From Bdellovibrionota bacterium (GTDB lineage Bacteria; Bdellovibrionota_C; UBA2361; OMII01), in contig JBIJBE010000011.1 in assembly GCA_044345405.1 (NCBI GenBank), positions 1 to 64,000 on the forward strand: a DNA stretch of 64,000 bases, read 5' to 3'. The notes beneath the pieces were generated by a model. That model had not been told where the DNA came from, did not search any database, and worked only from the letters and a program-made list of their open reading frames with translations. The position numbers and the translations under genes were made by a program. Below, in pieces: positions 49,416 to 59,028 of the stretch (the first letter of the stretch is position 1; each line of letters opens with the position of its first letter).

Positions 49416-50468
49416 TCAGACCGCTACTCGACGCAGAGGGGTGTCCTGGTTGCTTGGCGCCCGGGTCGCGCGCATCTTGCTCGCCTCATTGAGCGATTGC
49501 TCCGCTAGTCTCACGATACTCGTGGCCTCAGGGCCAAGACACAGTGAGTGCTCCTTACCATTAAGCGCGTTGAGGAACTGCTCAACTTGCACGCGAAGAG
49601 GCTCCTGTCGAGTTACGCCGAACTCTATCTTGTCAGAACCTCGGTACATCTCGATGAGCTCTTTGTACGAGAAGTGGGTATCGGGACGATGCTTGAGAAG
49701 ATTTCCACCCATCAACGAACAGGTTTGAAGCATGTAATCCACGAAGCAAACGCCATGTGTTCCGGTGAGGCGAATCGCTCGAATCTTTGTTGGGGTGATC
49801 CAGTTCACGTGAATGTCGGCGCTGATATTCCCGGAGCATACGCCCATAATGTGGGCCGTATCGAAAATCCCATCCTTTACGGTGCTGTGAACAAAGCTTG
49901 ATTGGTATTCGAATCGGCCGAACACCATTTGCAGCACGTCGAGATCGTGAACGGCGAGATCGAGGAGTACGTTGTTGCCCTCTTGCACGTTATCCGGATA
50001 TCCACCGACCCTCGTGACGCTACAGTGAATAGGCTGGCCGATGATCCCTGAATCGACCACCTCCTTGAGCTTTCTGATCGCGGGATTTTGTCGCTCGACA
50101 TGGCCAACGGCCAAGAGCACTCCAGCTTCGTTAGCCAATCGGGTGAGCTCTTCACCCTCCTCGGGGGTGCTGCAGATCGGCTTCTCGACGAGGATCGGTT
50201 TCTTGAAGAACAGCGCCTGTTTCACCACGTTGAAGTGAGTCTGCGTGGGCGTCGCCACCACGAGAGCGTCGAACTCAGCGCCGAGCAACTCCTCGAAGGT
50301 GGTTACGGCCCGTACCCGATCCGGTATGAGAGCTCGATTGGAGGGTTCTAAAACGAAGGGGTCAACAACCGCTACCAGATCGATGAGAGGATGGTCCATC
50401 ATCACTCGAAAGTGATTTCGTCCCATTCGCCCAAAGCCAACAAGAACCACCTTGCGGCGCTCGCTCAT
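49416..50468 (-). CDS. Gfo/Idh/MocA oxidoreductase (GnnA/WbpB-like)
   Basis: GFGRMGRNH, VATPT..H, VEKP, VGHVERQNP, DLAVHDLD. Confidence 0.88.
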   Translation of the reverse strand: MSERRKVVLVGFGRMGRNHFRVMMDHPLIDLVAVVDPFVLEPSNRALIPDRVRAVTTFEELLGAEFDALVVATPTQTHFNVVKQALFFKKPILVEKPICSTPEEGEELTRLANEAGVLLAVGHVERQNPAIRKLKEVVDSGIIGQPIHCSVTRVGGYPDNVQEGNNVLLDLAVHDLDVLQMVFGRFEYQSSFVHSTVKDGIFDTAHIMGVCSGNISADIHVNWITPTKIRAIRLTGTHGVCFVDYMLQTCSLMGGNLLKHRPDTHFSYKELIEMYRGSDKIEFGVTRQEPLRVQVEQFLNALNGKEHSLCLGPEATSIVRLAEQSLNEASKMRATRAPSNQDTPLRRVAV

Positions 50469-50697
50469 ATGCGGTCTCCAAAAACGTAAAGAGTTTTCTC
50501 GGCGTTGACTCGTACGTGGCCAACTCATCCGCCCGCCAGTGTAGCAGCGACCGAAGTCTAATGGAATGCCTCGTACCCCAAAGATACGAACCATTTAGGG
50601 TGTTTAGCGATGACCTGAGTTCCGCGCTGGGTGTCCTAAGCAGTTGATAGGTCGATGATGCTACGGGCTCACAGCCTATGGGCCTTTGACACAGTCC

Positions 50698-53600
50698 TTA
50701 CGGAAGCCGCTTTAAGTGACTGATTAGCCTCGCCAGGGAATGGAGCTTTCCTTTCGAGCTCTGTTTAAAAGTCAGTTGCCTGGTTGTAGCGCCGGACCCA
50801 TACGGACAGGTCTTCGATAGTTTGATGAATACTTTCTTGAGCGGTCCGCCCTTGATGCCGCTGTTGTTCAGTTTGGCTGAGTAGGCGGTTGATGTGGTCG
50901 TAAGGGACTTAACTTTCTTGAACGAGGCTCCAGACCGGGTGCTGACCGCTAACTCCACCGCACAGGAGCCCGCTTGATCGTTTGCCGATGTGAATGAAAG
51001 TTCGAGGACCCCGGACTTAGAGATCGAAGCCTTTCTGATGGTAGGCTTCTTAAACTTTGGAATGGGGGTTGGGGTGGGACGACTTGTATCGGGTGCGTCC
51101 ATCGCGAGCGCGCTGCCGGACGGCGGAGCGTCAGTGATCGGATCCGCGCATCCCGTCGCGGCTTTGGTGACACTAATCGGACCGCTTGAAGTTATCGTTC
51201 CATCGGGAGAGTACGCTCTAATCTCGACAATGTTTTCTCCTAAAGGCCAGGAGGAGATATCGAAGCTTCCATTAAATCCGCTATTACTAGACTCGTAAGT
51301 CGATGGAGCATATGCCACTCGCGCGCTTGGGGAGAAATCTCGGGGCTCAAGGGTACCAACGACCGTTGCTCCTCTGAGTACCTCGATGGCGGTTACTCGC
51401 TCTAGTTTATCCGAGAGGAGGCTGAAGCCTTTGACCTGGATCGATGAACATACGTTCTGTCCGTTAACGGGAGCCTCTAAGCTTAGGATAGGCGCCGCAC
51501 GCGACGGCGCGCCTTGGTTTCGCACTACCAGACGACCAGCGGCCAGTCGGGACGAGGTGTTCAAGCCGTCGTTCGCCACCGCATAGAGGTAGTAGGTGCC
51601 ATCCGCGATGCCGCTCGTGTTCAGTACATACACGCGCTTTCCGGAGGGTATTCCACTTGCGACCTGAGTACCTCCGCTTGCGTTCGGTGATGTCGAGATA
51701 AAAAGGTCTACAGAGGAGTTGTCATCGGGATCGAGTGTGTCGAGCAGTACGGTTGTGGCTCCGGTATCGGCGGTGACATCCCTTGTGAGTTTGACCCAAT
51801 CCAGCATGAAGGTGGTTTGCGTTGGATTGCCGGTGGGGGCGCCGTTTGAACCGCAGGTATCGCGGGAGAACTCATGCGGATCTATCCGGAAGCCCGTTAT
51901 GTTTCCCGCCCACGGTTGGGGGGCCGTGCCGAGGAGATTCATAGTTGGCAAATCAAAACAGTACTCGTACCAACGACTTCCACTCCATCGGTTGTAAATC
52001 GATATGGCGGCCATTGGATCGGTAAAGTTGTTATCGGCGTTCAGCCAGATCGGCTTCACTATCGACCCAAGACACACATCGAGGTCTCTTTGAATGAGCA
52101 GTTTGACGCACAGGTTTCGATACGAGTTGCCGTCTATGATGGACGCGTCGCTACTTCGGGGAAATGTGAAATAGATGTTGGGGTCATCATTTCCCAGAAG
52201 ATTCGTCCCTTTCAGGAAGTCCCCTCGATTTCCCTCTACCACTCGAACGTCAGGTAAGTAGCCAGTCAGAGATTCGGTGGGAAACGCGGGGTCGGTATCT
52301 GTCGCGAGATTGCTTGTTAGCGCCGCGTCGCCCACGTTCATGTTCCAGGTTTGGAATGATTCGCCCCCTTCTTTGGCGGGTCGGAGGACTGAGATGAGGG
52401 GTGGGTTGTTCTGGGTAATAGTTCCGGTTGATGAGTAAACCGTCGGGGTGGAAAGAGCGCTGACATATCCAGCCGTCCTAAGCGAAATGAAATCGATTGA
52501 AAACGCGTGTCCGGCGGTTGTGACAGGTCTCACGATCAGCTCTCGAATGGTGCCGTTCCACGAGCCCAACACGCCAAGGTCCAATTCATAAATACCATCG
52601 TGGTTAGCATCCGTTATCACCGATGCTCCGCCCCCTCCACCCGTGTTGACCCAATAGATGGCCACCGTGCTTGGTGAACTCTGAGTGAGTTTCATCGATA
52701 GCTTCTTAAAGACCGAGGCGTCGATGCCTGTATCGCCAACGCGGAGGTAGAGGGACGGCGCGGAGGAGCTCGCCGTCCCGTGGAGAACCGTCCCATCGCT
52801 TGAGAGGCTTGATACACCTGCGCTCGCGGAGATGTCGCCCAGTTGCGCCATGTCCCACGGGTCCTCATTTACAAGGGTCGAGAAATCGTTGTGCAGAAAT
52901 CCTATGATTCGGTAGGCAACGCCCCTATCGACGCCGTCGGTATTGACAGAGACGGTTGTAGGTGTGCCGGTGGCGGCTTGGTTATGGGCCAAGCGAGAAA
53001 CGTAGCCATCCATCGGATCGTTGTTATCATCAAGGAACAAGCTATATCGCGTCCCTTCGGCATTGGCGGATGCTTGATAGGTCACGTTGACTATGGGGCA
53101 TGACGAGGGATCCTCGAGGCGGATATAGTCGATCCGGATTTGTGAACCAGAGAAAGCGGCCGGCATCACCGCCAGGCTGGTGATTGATCCATCGCTCCAC
53201 GGATTCGAATTTGATGACTCCCCGGCGCTAATGGCTATCGTGGACATGTCGAAACGGTATACATGCCATCCAGCTTTGATCGGAAATCTTGGAGTGACGG
53301 TTCGATTCGGTACGTAGTCCGTCCCTCGATTGAAAATGAAGCGAAGGCCGCCGTTCGGTTCCGCTGTGTCGGAATACATCCGAATGGCGAGCTGTCGATA
53401 CTGCTGCGCGCGAGTCGCGTTGATATTCAGATCTTGTCCATACCGTCCCCCTGCGCGGGTTGTTCCTATGATCTGAGGGGAGAAGAGATAAAACGTCGCG
53501 GAATGCTCAGCCTCTGTAAAGGCTGAGAACGTTCCTCCGCTAAAGGTGGCGTTTCCGAGAGCGACGACATCGCCAGAGATGTGGTTATTGATATCCGACG

Positions 53601-53778
53601 CGTTTGACATGTCCCACGGGTCGCCATAGAGGTCAGTGGCTAAATCATCGCAAGCGCGGGTACGGGTCGTTGATGATGGGCTCGTAACCGAGATCTGGCT
53701 ATGAGCCTCGGTCGAGACGAGCGTTAGGCCCAAGCTATAAAGCGCCACTAAGGCGGCACGAATGGAAACGCTCTTCAC
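50698..53778 (-). CDS. Large secreted protein with three CBM-like repeats, Ig-like domains and basic tail
   Basis: Signal peptide ending AHS; DPWDM/TWNM...W.G.I..[LF]..P...[IL]D[YFW][IV].L three times; PTPTP followed by Lys-rich C-terminus. Confidence 0.75.
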   Translation of the reverse strand: MKSVSIRAALVALYSLGLTLVSTEAHSQISVTSPSSTTRTRACDDLATDLYGDPWDMSNASDINNHISGDVVALGNATFSGGTFSAFTEAEHSATFYLFSPQIIGTTRAGGRYGQDLNINATRAQQYRQLAIRMYSDTAEPNGGLRFIFNRGTDYVPNRTVTPRFPIKAGWHVYRFDMSTIAISAGESSNSNPWSDGSITSLAVMPAAFSGSQIRIDYIRLEDPSSCPIVNVTYQASANAEGTRYSLFLDDNNDPMDGYVSRLAHNQAATGTPTTVSVNTDGVDRGVAYRIIGFLHNDFSTLVNEDPWDMAQLGDISASAGVSSLSSDGTVLHGTASSSAPSLYLRVGDTGIDASVFKKLSMKLTQSSPSTVAIYWVNTGGGGGASVITDANHDGIYELDLGVLGSWNGTIRELIVRPVTTAGHAFSIDFISLRTAGYVSALSTPTVYSSTGTITQNNPPLISVLRPAKEGGESFQTWNMNVGDAALTSNLATDTDPAFPTESLTGYLPDVRVVEGNRGDFLKGTNLLGNDDPNIYFTFPRSSDASIIDGNSYRNLCVKLLIQRDLDVCLGSIVKPIWLNADNNFTDPMAAISIYNRWSGSRWYEYCFDLPTMNLLGTAPQPWAGNITGFRIDPHEFSRDTCGSNGAPTGNPTQTTFMLDWVKLTRDVTADTGATTVLLDTLDPDDNSSVDLFISTSPNASGGTQVASGIPSGKRVYVLNTSGIADGTYYLYAVANDGLNTSSRLAAGRLVVRNQGAPSRAAPILSLEAPVNGQNVCSSIQVKGFSLLSDKLERVTAIEVLRGATVVGTLEPRDFSPSARVAYAPSTYESSNSGFNGSFDISSWPLGENIVEIRAYSPDGTITSSGPISVTKAATGCADPITDAPPSGSALAMDAPDTSRPTPTPIPKFKKPTIRKASISKSGVLELSFTSANDQAGSCAVELAVSTRSGASFKKVKSLTTTSTAYSAKLNNSGIKGGPLKKVFIKLSKTCPYGSGATTRQLTFKQSSKGKLHSLARLISHLKRLP

Positions 53779-53803
53779 GTGTGGCTCCTACGCTGACATG
53801 GGG

Positions 53804-53831
53804 ACATCGGAAGCATCCCTCAGTTACTTTA
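53804..53831 (-). promoter_or_regulatory. Candidate sigma28 (FliA)-type promoter
   Basis: TAAA-N16-TCCGATGT upstream of RBS AGGAG and GTG 53778. Confidence 0.5.
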
Positions 53832-54172
53832 GATTCCTGTCCAGCATGATCTGACTCTACGAGATTCTCTCAGGATGGGCTATGAAGCGAAAGCCCACGA
53901 GAGATGCGGGTCCGGACGAGCTTGCTGGGTCCTTGCGGATGTCAAATGGCAGTTAAAGGAGGATCAACCCATAGAGGATGGTCTTTCCATCGCATGGAAG
54001 CACCAAGGCGGGGACGATCAGAGGATTGAGCTTGAATGTTTTCGACGGAGTCAAAAATCCCCAACAGTCTGAATTCTTAAGTTTGACGAACCGGTGGAAT
54101 GTCCATACTATTTGGCCGGTTGGTAAAAGCACGGCTAGATGCGAACAAATCAGCGCGGATGGGAGATTGAGG

Positions 54173-56719
54173 ATGAGTAGCGAGGCAGCTCAAAGGGCAG
54201 AGTTGTCGTTGGATAAAGAGGAGAAGAACCTTGAGTCCGGCGAGATGACATCGGGTGCCACGCATGATGTCACACCTGAGATAGTGAAGGCGCGCTTAGA
54301 AAAAGTTCTTAGTGATCTTAAACGGGTTGAGCGTGAGCGGGATGAGTACAAGCGGCAGTTCGACCTGATCACAAAGTCGGCTTCTTGGAGAGTTACGGCC
54401 CCACTACGAACACTCAGCAAGATCGCTCGAAGTGTGCTGCCCCTTGTCGGTCGAGTCGAATTTCCTCTCAGGCCGGTCATTTGTCGTAGCCTAGCGGTAA
54501 AGGGAGACCAGTACGCCATCACCGGCCCTACACCTGCCCTTGAATTAGAATTCAACGCCGGTGCTGTTGGGAAAGACGGAATAAGGCCAGGGGTCTATTC
54601 CTTTGATGCGCATGTCGAGACGCCCAAAGGGACCCTCTGCTTCTTTCTCTACTTGGGGCGCGCCTCTGACTCTGGCAAGGGCTTTAGTGAGGGGGAACGT
54701 TTCCTCCTAAGGTTTGACGACCAAAAAAAGGGCAGCCAACTGATTCGAATACCAGCCGGTATCCGCTACCTCCGCCTCGAGGTGTATGACTTTGATGGGC
54801 AGTTCGGGATATCTGATATTAAACTGCGCCACCTTGGAAGTCTGAACGTGGCATCTATGGTGTTCAACTCCACCATCCGACCGTTGCTCGCCAACCCCCG
54901 CCTTCTCATCTCTAAGACGCGTAAGGCGTATCATTGCGTAAGGGAAGGGGGATTCATCGCCCTTAAAGCTAAACTTTTTGGAGGGCGAGTCGCTGACAAC
55001 TACGGTGATTGGGTTACCCGATTTGACTCCTTCTCCAAGGATGATGTTGAACGGATCCGGAATGCCGCCCAAAGATTGGACCGCAAACCAAAAATCTCGA
55101 TTGTCACGCCGGTCTTCAATCCTCCCACCCAGCATTTCCGCGCATGTGTCGACTCGGTACTTAATCAGGGTTATCAGAATTGGGAACTCTGCCTCTCAGA
55201 TGATTGTTCTACGGATCCTGAAGTTCGAAAAGTCATCGAGGAATACTGCGCGAAAGACCAGCGCATTACAGCGGTGTTTCGAGATTCCTCCGGGCACATC
55301 TCAGCCGCTACCAACTCCGCTCTCAAAATAGCGACTGGCGAGTTTATCGCGTTTCTTGATCACGACGATGAGCTCACACCGGACGCGTTGTATCTTGTGG
55401 CGCGCGAGTTGAATCTTCACCCTGACGCTCAATTACTGTACAGCGACGAGGATAAGAAAACATCGACAGGTATCCGCGTTAATCCACACTTTAAATCGGA
55501 TTGGAATCCGGAGCTTCTCACGCAACAGAATTATGTTTGTCACCTCTTGGTTATTAAGAGGACCGCTATTGATGAAGTGGGTGGGTTACGCTCGGAGTTT
55601 GATGGAGCTCAAGATTGGGATCTGATTTTGCGAGTGGGCGAAAAGCTGAGTGAGCGACAGATCAGGCATATCCCTCACGTTTTATACCACTGGACCCTAA
55701 TCCCAAGTTCCACCGCACAGTCCACTGCCGCGAAGCCCTACGTGCTTGAGGCGCAGCGTAAAGCGGTGCAGGAACACTTCGATCGAACGAGACAGCCAGC
55801 GACGGCCTCCATTTGGCACAGCATCTCCCATATCGATGTCGAGAGGCGGGTAGGGGGCGCAGATCCAAAGGTATCTCTCGTTATTCTCACGAGAGATAAG
55901 CTGGAGCTGCTCAAGCCGTGCGTGGATACCCTGCTTGAGAAAACCACATACAAGAACTACGAGGTCATTATCGTTGATAACGGAAGTATTGAGGAGGAGA
56001 CCTTTCAGTACTTTGATGGAGTTCAACGCAAGCATCCAAATGTGAAGGTCGTGCGTGATGAAAGTCCGTTCAACTTCTCCGCGCTCAACAATTTCGGAGT
56101 GAAGTATTGTTCCGGTGAGGTGCTTGGGTTTCTCAACAACGACCTGAAGTTTACGCGGGGAGAGTGGCTTGAGAAGATGGTTGCCCAAGCCGTTCGCAAG
56201 GAAGTTGGCGCTGTGGGCGCTCGTCTGCTCTTCCCTAATAATCTCCTTCAACACGGTGGCGTCATATTAGGTATTGGTGGAGTCGCCGGTCACAACCACA
56301 AGGGGCGTCCAAAAGAGGACCCGGGCTACTTCAATCGGGCTATCTTAAGTCAAAACTTAAGCGCCGTTACGGCCGCGTGCATCCTTCTTCGTCGCGACGT
56401 CTTCGAGGGAGTGAAGGGGTTCGATGAGGAGCTCTCCGTGGCGTTCAACGACGTTGATTTCTGTTTGCGGATCCGAGACGCCGGTTTCCGAGTGGTCTAC
56501 GAGCCTCGCGCTGAGCTCTATCACTATGAGTCCGCGAGTAGGGGATATGAGAATACGCCGGAGAAGTTCGCCCGATTTGAGCGTGAGATAGCCAAGATGA
56601 AGGGGAGATGGCAGCCGGTTCTGGCCAAAGACCCTTACTACAATCCGAATCTCACCAACCTAAGTGAGGACTTCTCTTTTGGGTTTCCGCCACGAGTGAG
56701 GAGGGCATGGGCGAGCTAG
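54173..56719 (+). CDS. Tandem GT2 glycosyltransferase (O-antigen/surface glycan polymerase-like)
   Basis: ISIVTPVFN, DDCS, FLDHDD, YSDEDK, QDWDL; second GT2 with FLNND, SAVTAAC, NDVDFCLR, DPYYNPNL. Confidence 0.9.
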   Translation: MSSEAAQRAELSLDKEEKNLESGEMTSGATHDVTPEIVKARLEKVLSDLKRVERERDEYKRQFDLITKSASWRVTAPLRTLSKIARSVLPLVGRVEFPLRPVICRSLAVKGDQYAITGPTPALELEFNAGAVGKDGIRPGVYSFDAHVETPKGTLCFFLYLGRASDSGKGFSEGERFLLRFDDQKKGSQLIRIPAGIRYLRLEVYDFDGQFGISDIKLRHLGSLNVASMVFNSTIRPLLANPRLLISKTRKAYHCVREGGFIALKAKLFGGRVADNYGDWVTRFDSFSKDDVERIRNAAQRLDRKPKISIVTPVFNPPTQHFRACVDSVLNQGYQNWELCLSDDCSTDPEVRKVIEEYCAKDQRITAVFRDSSGHISAATNSALKIATGEFIAFLDHDDELTPDALYLVARELNLHPDAQLLYSDEDKKTSTGIRVNPHFKSDWNPELLTQQNYVCHLLVIKRTAIDEVGGLRSEFDGAQDWDLILRVGEKLSERQIRHIPHVLYHWTLIPSSTAQSTAAKPYVLEAQRKAVQEHFDRTRQPATASIWHSISHIDVERRVGGADPKVSLVILTRDKLELLKPCVDTLLEKTTYKNYEVIIVDNGSIEEETFQYFDGVQRKHPNVKVVRDESPFNFSALNNFGVKYCSGEVLGFLNNDLKFTRGEWLEKMVAQAVRKEVGAVGARLLFPNNLLQHGGVILGIGGVAGHNHKGRPKEDPGYFNRAILSQNLSAVTAACILLRRDVFEGVKGFDEELSVAFNDVDFCLRIRDAGFRVVYEPRAELYHYESASRGYENTPEKFARFEREIAKMKGRWQPVLAKDPYYNPNLTNLSEDFSFGFPPRVRRAWAS

Positions 56720-56852
56720 ACCTTCGCCTGCCACGGGGATTGCCCCGTAACTCTATAATAACGCTACGACAAAGGTCGCCTCGCCCCGTTGATAAAAGGC
56801 CGCTTTGTGAGTAATGTCCTGTAGTTGAACCAACTACAGGGACGTTTCAGCG

Positions 56853-57659
56853 TTGAGATCGTTATTAGCACCTCTTACATCGATATGGACGCATCGGAAA
56901 TTGGCGGGAAGGCTGATATCGCGCGATATCGCCTCGCGGTACAAGGGCTCGATCCTTGGCGTACTCTGGTCGGTGATTATCCCGCTCGTGATGTTAGCGG
57001 TGTATACCTTCGTGTTTTCTGTCGTTTTTAAAGCTCGATGGGGCACCGAGGGGACGGATCGCTTCAGCTTCGCGCTCATGCTCTTCGCAGGGCTTGTCGT
57101 ATTTAATGTCTTTTCGGACTGCGTTTCGCGCGCTCCTTCCCTCATTGTTTCGAATGTGAGCTACGTTAAGAAGGTGGTCTTTCCGCTTGAGATTCTGCCG
57201 TGGGTGAGCCTTGGCTCGGCGGCTTTCAACGCGTGTGTGAATGTTGTGGTGCTTCTTGCGTTCGCGCTCGTTGTTGGGAATCCAATTCCCAGCACGATTG
57301 TTCTCCTGCCTGTTGTGCTTTTGCCGTTCATACTCCTTGTTGTGGGGCTGTCGTTCTTTCTCTCTTCATTCGGGGTGTTCGTTCGAGATCTCCAGCAAAT
57401 AATCGGGGTGGTGCTTACCTGTTGTATGTTTCTAAGCCCCATATTTTATCCAGTTGAGTCTCTGCCGGAAGCCCTTCGCTCGCTCGTCATGTTGAGCCCG
57501 ATATCAATGGCGGTAACGTCTGCTCGGGATGTTATTCTTCAAGGCAACTTGCCGAGTGTTACCTTATGGTTCTCATCCCTCGGCATAGGTGTATTCTCGG
57601 CTATTCTAGGTAGCGTTTGGTTTGCCAAGACACGAAAAGCTTTTGCGGATGTGATGTAG
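56853..57659 (+). CDS. wzm: ABC-2 polysaccharide exporter permease
   Basis: RDIASRYKGSILGVLW, YVKKVVFP, FVRDL, SPIFYP, FADVM. Confidence 0.93.
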   Translation: MRSLLAPLTSIWTHRKLAGRLISRDIASRYKGSILGVLWSVIIPLVMLAVYTFVFSVVFKARWGTEGTDRFSFALMLFAGLVVFNVFSDCVSRAPSLIVSNVSYVKKVVFPLEILPWVSLGSAAFNACVNVVVLLAFALVVGNPIPSTIVLLPVVLLPFILLVVGLSFFLSSFGVFVRDLQQIIGVVLTCCMFLSPIFYPVESLPEALRSLVMLSPISMAVTSARDVILQGNLPSVTLWFSSLGIGVFSAILGSVWFAKTRKAFADVM

Positions 57660-57661
57660 GT

Positions 57662-59020
57662 ATGACCAAGGCGCTCGCTATAGAGGCACATGGCCTCGGT
57701 AAAAAATATCATATCTACAAACGCCCCATCGATCGATTATGGCAGATGCTAAGTCGTGGTCGCATCCGTCTCTACGATGAGTACTGGGCGCTCAAGGATC
57801 TCTCCGTTCAGATTGGACGGGGACAGACCATAGGCGTCATTGGGCGCAATGGTTCTGGCAAGTCGACATTTTTGCAGCTTGTTTGCGGAACGCTCACGCC
57901 TTCCATGGGGAGTCTTACGGTCAACGGCAGGATAGCGGCTCTTCTCGAGCTTGGTGCTGGTTTCAATCCCGAATTCACTGGGCGAGAGAACGTATTCCTT
58001 GCTGCCTCCGTTTTAGGGCTCGATAACACGACGATTCAAGAGCGTTATGATTCGATTATCGAGTTCGCTGGAATAGGGGACTTTATAGAACAGCCCGTGA
58101 AGATCTATTCAAGCGGCATGTACGCCCGGCTAGCATTCGCCGTCGCTGCGCATGTAGACGCGGATATCCTGATCGTTGATGAGATCTTGGCTGTGGGTGA
58201 TGCGGCATTCACCCAGCGCTGCATGCGCTTTATTCGCAAGTTCAAGGAAACGGGGACCATCCTCTTCGTGTCACACGACACCGCGTCGATTCTTAATTTG
58301 TGTGACAAATGTCTGTGGCTCGAGAATGGTATGGTTCGGGATTTCGGAGAGACGAAGGACCTGTGCCATCGCTATCTCGCCTCCCTTGAGGAAGAGAAGG
58401 ACAATGATACCTCTTTTAAGATCGGGGGGACCAGAAAGAGCCCACCGACGGCCTCTCATGCGGAGAAGGACCTTCGAACCGAGCTTCTCAAGGAGAGTTC
58501 CGTAAAAAATGTTATTCAAGTTTTTGATTTTGACCCTGATGCGCCGTGGTTTGGGCAAGGGGGGGCCTCGATCGTCGGGGTCGCCCTTCACTCTCACGAA
58601 GGGGGCGATGTTAAGGTTTCAGAGGGAGGGGAACTCGTCACCTTATCGATTGTGGCCCAAGCTAAAAAGCAGTTGAGCAATCCGATTCTCGGGTTTTATG
58701 TGAAGGACAAACTTGGGCAACGTTTGTTTGGGGACAATACCTACATCACCCACATAGACAAAGGGCTCGTTGCCAGAGCTGGGACGGTCATCAAAGCCGT
58801 CTTTACGTTCCGAATGCCGTTCCTTTCGCCTGGTAGCTATTCGGTCAATGTAGCTGTTGCTGATGGAACACAAGATGACCATGTTCAGCACCAAATGATC
58901 GATGATGCGCTGTTTTTTGAAGTTCTCGTGAGTCACGTCCAAAAGGGATTGATTGGGATTCCGATGTTGGACATTACGCTTGAATCTGTAGATAGTTCCA
59001 ATGCTCAAAAGGTAGGCTAG
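57662..59020 (+). CDS. wzt: Polysaccharide exporter ATPase with C-terminal Wzt_C domain
   Basis: GRNGSGKST, YSSGMYARLAFA, IVDEILAVGD, VSH; C-terminal G.RLFGDNT..L.PG.Y. Confidence 0.93.
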   Translation: MTKALAIEAHGLGKKYHIYKRPIDRLWQMLSRGRIRLYDEYWALKDLSVQIGRGQTIGVIGRNGSGKSTFLQLVCGTLTPSMGSLTVNGRIAALLELGAGFNPEFTGRENVFLAASVLGLDNTTIQERYDSIIEFAGIGDFIEQPVKIYSSGMYARLAFAVAAHVDADILIVDEILAVGDAAFTQRCMRFIRKFKETGTILFVSHDTASILNLCDKCLWLENGMVRDFGETKDLCHRYLASLEEEKDNDTSFKIGGTRKSPPTASHAEKDLRTELLKESSVKNVIQVFDFDPDAPWFGQGGASIVGVALHSHEGGDVKVSEGGELVTLSIVAQAKKQLSNPILGFYVKDKLGQRLFGDNTYITHIDKGLVARAGTVIKAVFTFRMPFLSPGSYSVNVAVADGTQDDHVQHQMIDDALFFEVLVSHVQKGLIGIPMLDITLESVDSSNAQKVG

Positions 59021-59028
59021 CAAGCTGC

